From the NCBI GenBank assembly GCA_051294375.1, contig CM119269.1, positions 5,281,609 through 5,345,608 on the forward strand: a stretch of 64,000 nucleotides of DNA. The letters are read 5' to 3'. The DNA comes from Paraspadella gotoi (taxonomy: Eukaryota > Animalia > Chaetognatha). Of the stretch, positions 59,983-64,000 are shown piece after piece. Below the pieces are notes generated by a model. That model was not told the origin of the DNA, searched no databases, and saw only the letters and a program-made list of their open reading frames with translations. How positions within the stretch are numbered: position 1 is the first letter of the stretch; every line of letters begins with the position of its first letter. Both the position numbers and the translations under genes were made by a program.

Positions 59983-60858
59983 AAAATAGAAAAGGATTAC
60001 TTCTGCTTTTTAGATATATTCCTAAAATTTGGAGCCAAATCTGTTGTTATCAACTGCATGAAATAATAATCTTTCAATTCTACTTTTTTGCTAAGATTTT
60101 TTTCATAAATGAAGTAGAACAAAAATTAGTTTGCGAGAGAAAAATTGATTTGACTCAATTGGAATAGATGATGAGTTTGTTCGCTTTTTTTTTATTTTAT
60201 TTTTCTTAAATCCTTTTTCCATCCTTGTTTTCTTTACATTCTCCCTTATTCTTTCAATCATTCACAATCTTCTAGAAAAATGAGTCAAAAAAGAGAAGTT
60301 CAGACGCAGTTCACAAACTCACAGAGACGGTTAATACCCAAATGCTTAGAGATATAAAATCATGAAAGTAATTTCTTTCTCTGTCTCTCTCTTGCACTCT
60401 CTCACTCTATGTTCTCTCCCTGATGCATTTGCTTAACTTTGAATTATCTTACATTTGAACTAATTAAAATCAAGTCTGAATTTGGTTCTGAATCAGAATC
60501 ACATCATATTATATGATTATTATAAATAGATATGTCATGATTACCTTTTTGTGGTCAGAATGGGGTACGATTCAAAACAGGATTTTATCAATGAACATCA
60601 AAAGTTTTAATTTTTTCTTTCTATATTTTTGTTCTACATTTCATCGCTTTTCTTTCTTTAATCAGTTCCTCCTTCCGAAAAGTAGGACAAAAAATAGTTA
60701 TATAACTCAAATATAACAAGAAATCGTTTAATTCTTTTCCTTTTTTTTCAATCGCTGGTTTTGTATTCTTTTTTCCTCTTCTTTCTTTCTTTCTTTTTTT
60801 CTTTCTTCTTTCTTTCTTTTCTTTCTTTCTTTCTTTCTCTTTCTTTCTTTCTTTCTTT

Positions 60859-60899
<41 letters not shown>

Positions 60900-61487
60900 A
60901 TTGTCAAAAATAGAGCGCCAAAAATATTTCAAAAACTATTAATTGGGGATGAGCATCGTTTCTAAACAACTCATTGTTTTATATCAAATTTGGTAGCGTT
61001 CGATAGACAATTGCAAACATTACTACATGCATAATTTCATCATAATCCGACAATCCGTTCAAAAGTAATCGCCAAAAAGCAATCGCAAAAATCGCTCTTC
61101 AAACCGATCAAACTTTCTTTTAAAATCGAGCTCGTTTTGATCCAACAAAGATTAGTACTATGCGTAGTACAAAGCTTTAGAACCGGCGCACAGTGAGATC
61201 CTGGACCTGATTTTTTTCAGAAAAATCCCGTTCAGTTAAAAAATATTTTTATTATATATTAATTATAAAATTTTTTTTTAATTTATTTAAACATTAAAAT
61301 AATTAAAAAATATATTTTTATAATTTTAAATAAATAAAATAAAATTATTTAATAATAAAATATATATTATTCAGATTATATATAATAAATAATAAATAAT
61401 AATAATAATAATAATATAATAATAAATAATTATATTAAAAAAAAAAATTAAAAAATAAAATATTTATTTTTTATTTATTATTATCAA

Positions 61488-61532
<45 letters not shown>

Positions 61533-62499
61533 ATAAAAAAAAAATTTTTTAAAAATTATTATATTTAAACAGATTATTATATTTTATTAAAATATAAATT
61601 TTATTTTAATTTTATATTTTTTAATCATACCATAATAAAAAAACTTGCAGTTTAAAAAATTAGCTAATTTTATTGTAAAATATATTTATTATAAATTTAT
61701 TTTCAATATTATAATTATATTTATATAAATATTTTTATATATTATATATAATATAAAAAATTTAAAAAATTTATTTTTCTAGCATTTGGGATTCACAAGC
61801 AACACTGTGCGACAATTTTTGTTTTTAATAATGTTTTTATCGGACTTTTTAAAATTTTGCATTATATTGAGAAAACGCTTTTGAATTAAGCCCAGGCTCT
61901 ACCTGATTTGAATAGTAAAATCAATACAGTTTCTGTCAATTGCGATCAAAATTGAAAAAAATGAAGGCTTGACTATGCAGTTTTCACCTAAAAAACCAGT
62001 TCATTTGATTGCTTTATCAAGCAATTAAGATTGCAAGAATTTTAATTTTGCTTTTTTTCATCATGTAGAGAAGACAATAAGGTTTCGGAAACTGTACTAA
62101 TATGTATGATTTGGTCTTTTTTACTCAAGAGCCAGGAGGTTTTCTTGGAATAGGGAAAAAACGGCCTGACCAGTCCATTTAAATACCATTTTTGGGCATG
62201 ATAAAATGGGAATTTCGATCGCGCTCTACCTCCATTGGCTTCCAAGACGCCAAGCTTTCGAAATCTGCCCATATTGACATAATTTTTTGGCCTTGACTAT
62301 GCAGTTTTGAATAAAAGTGAAATATAAAGGAATCTTGATCGGAGCTTCGATTCGAACGATGCTAATCTCTATATAATATAGTTTCTCTTTGCTTACAAAC
62401 TAAAAACTTTCAATGGATGGATCGGTCACTCAGTATCAAAATTTCGATCAAAAGGAAGATCTCGTCATTCTCTGTCGCAGCAACGGTCACAGAATATCG

Positions 62500-63302
62500 C
62501 ATCAAAAAAATGATGTCCGTCCGTCCGTTCGACCGCCTGTCTATCTGTCTGAGTGTCCATCCCACCTTAGCAAAAAACTCCAATTACTTGTGACTGGATG
62601 GATGAATTAAGATGAAATTTTATGTGTGGGTAGAGAAGTGGGTGATTGAGCTGGAAATCAAGTTTCGATGGAATCGTCTGAGTGGAAATGAGTTTAAATA
62701 AAAAAAAGCTAAAAAATATATTTCACTATTTATATATTATATTTATATTATATTTCAATAATCAATAAGTGGATGGAGCGATTGACTTGAAATTTTGTAG
62801 GTGAGTAGAAAAGTGTGTGATTAAGCTGGAAATCAAATTTCGATGGAATAGTGGAAATGAATTTAAATTGACAAAACAAAAAACCTGTTTCACTAATTGA
62901 TTATGCTTCTTTTTCTTTTTCTATTAAATGTAAATGCAAGATGTAAAAATTAATCAAATAGTTAATCATTTAATTAATCAATTAGCCAATAAATTAATCA
63001 ATAATTAATTAATCTGTCAATTAATCAATCAATCAATTTATTTATGTATTAATTAATTATTCGATAAATCAATTAATTTATAAATATAAATAAATAAATT
63101 ATTTTAACATTAAATAAACTAAAATCAATCAGTAAAGTCCAATCACGTTATTCGCATTATTTGTCGTCGGCGCCATCTCATCGTCGTAGCTTGTTGTACT
63201 AAAACACGAATAATTTGTCGGATCTAATATAGTTAACTTATTTACTTAATATCCGCTAAGATCGTGGGACAGATCCGGACAATTGATTTGCTTACAAATG
63301 TT
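62500..63302 (+). mobile_element. Family A element, 5'-truncated
   Basis: Colinear with 58880-59460; degenerate 3' end CAGATCCGGACAATTGATTTGCTTACAAATGTT. Confidence 0.6.
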
Positions 63303-64000
63303 TATTACTCTTAGTGTGATTCGCGCTTTTCACTTTCGCCTTTCCCTTTCCTTTTCCCCTTTAATCTTTAGATATAAAATAATTGATAGAGAGTGGATCT
63401 TTTTTAATTTTAAAAAAATAAACTTTTTACCATCGATAATGCTATTTTTTACAAGAATTATTTGCGGCAAACCATAAATTTTTTTTTTTCAATCTTTAAC
63501 GAACATTGTTAAAAAATATAATTATTTTAAATTGCCCCAGAACAATTGGTTTTTTTTACCAAAAAATTAATACTTGTAAAAAACTAGAGCATTCTAACTT
63601 AATTTATAATGCGGGGTGGATGTAACTAAATTAGTGCATTTTTCCTCCTTCTACAACGGATAGATGGGTTTCGTGCCTCTAGCAAATAAAGCTTTAAAAA
63701 TGATATATAATAAAAAGGTATTTTTTACAATTTTTTGCAGTCATTTGGCAGATGTTACTGTGAATTTTTTTATTTTTAAAATGTTCTCAAAAAATTTCAT
63801 CATGATGTAATGGACAACCTTTACAGCGATAGCACGTTTTTTTTTTTATTTAAAACGAACTTTTTATATATTGAAAGCGCACTCACGCTCCGTCACCCAC
63901 ACGGAGAAGTCTCCTGCGTATAGAGGTGGTAAGGAAATGATAATGCATTTAAGAAATATTATGAGGGTAGGCTCAATCCTTTTTCTATCTATCTATCTAT

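Overview
This is a eukaryotic window from an invertebrate animal, possibly an arthropod. It is a draft scaffold with many N-gaps, several of exactly ~25 N, and tracts of indel-rich sequence that look like uncorrected long-read gap fill. It is saturated with (GA/CT)n, (GAC)n, (CTT)n and (AAT)n simple repeats, so most ORFs in the supplied track are repeat artefacts. Reading splice sites by hand recovers six things. (1) A multi-exon + strand gene for a type-I membrane protein with about 3 CUB domains, an atypical LDLa module, a TM helix and a short tail (~5.25-14.15 kb; 8 consecutive exons are phase-consistent). (2) The C-terminal half of a GH31 alpha-glucosidase on + (22.2-26.8 kb), missed by the ORF track because of many single-base indels; its N-terminal half is not visible. 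(3) A tRNA-Gly(TCC) antisense in a GH31 intron. (4) A frameshifted, intronless EamA/DMT (SLC35G-like) transporter on -. (5) A long intronless XK-related (Xkr scramblase-like) ORF on - with a large extra multi-TM C-terminal region whose end continues, duplicated, beyond a gap. (6) Several orphan exons. At least three families of DINE-1/Helentron-like non-autonomous elements, a tRNA-derived SINE and several minisatellites are present. I found no CRISPR array, rRNA or prokaryotic system. The most novel-looking items are the extended XK-like protein and MITE-like head-to-head pairs of Helentron-type 3' ends.
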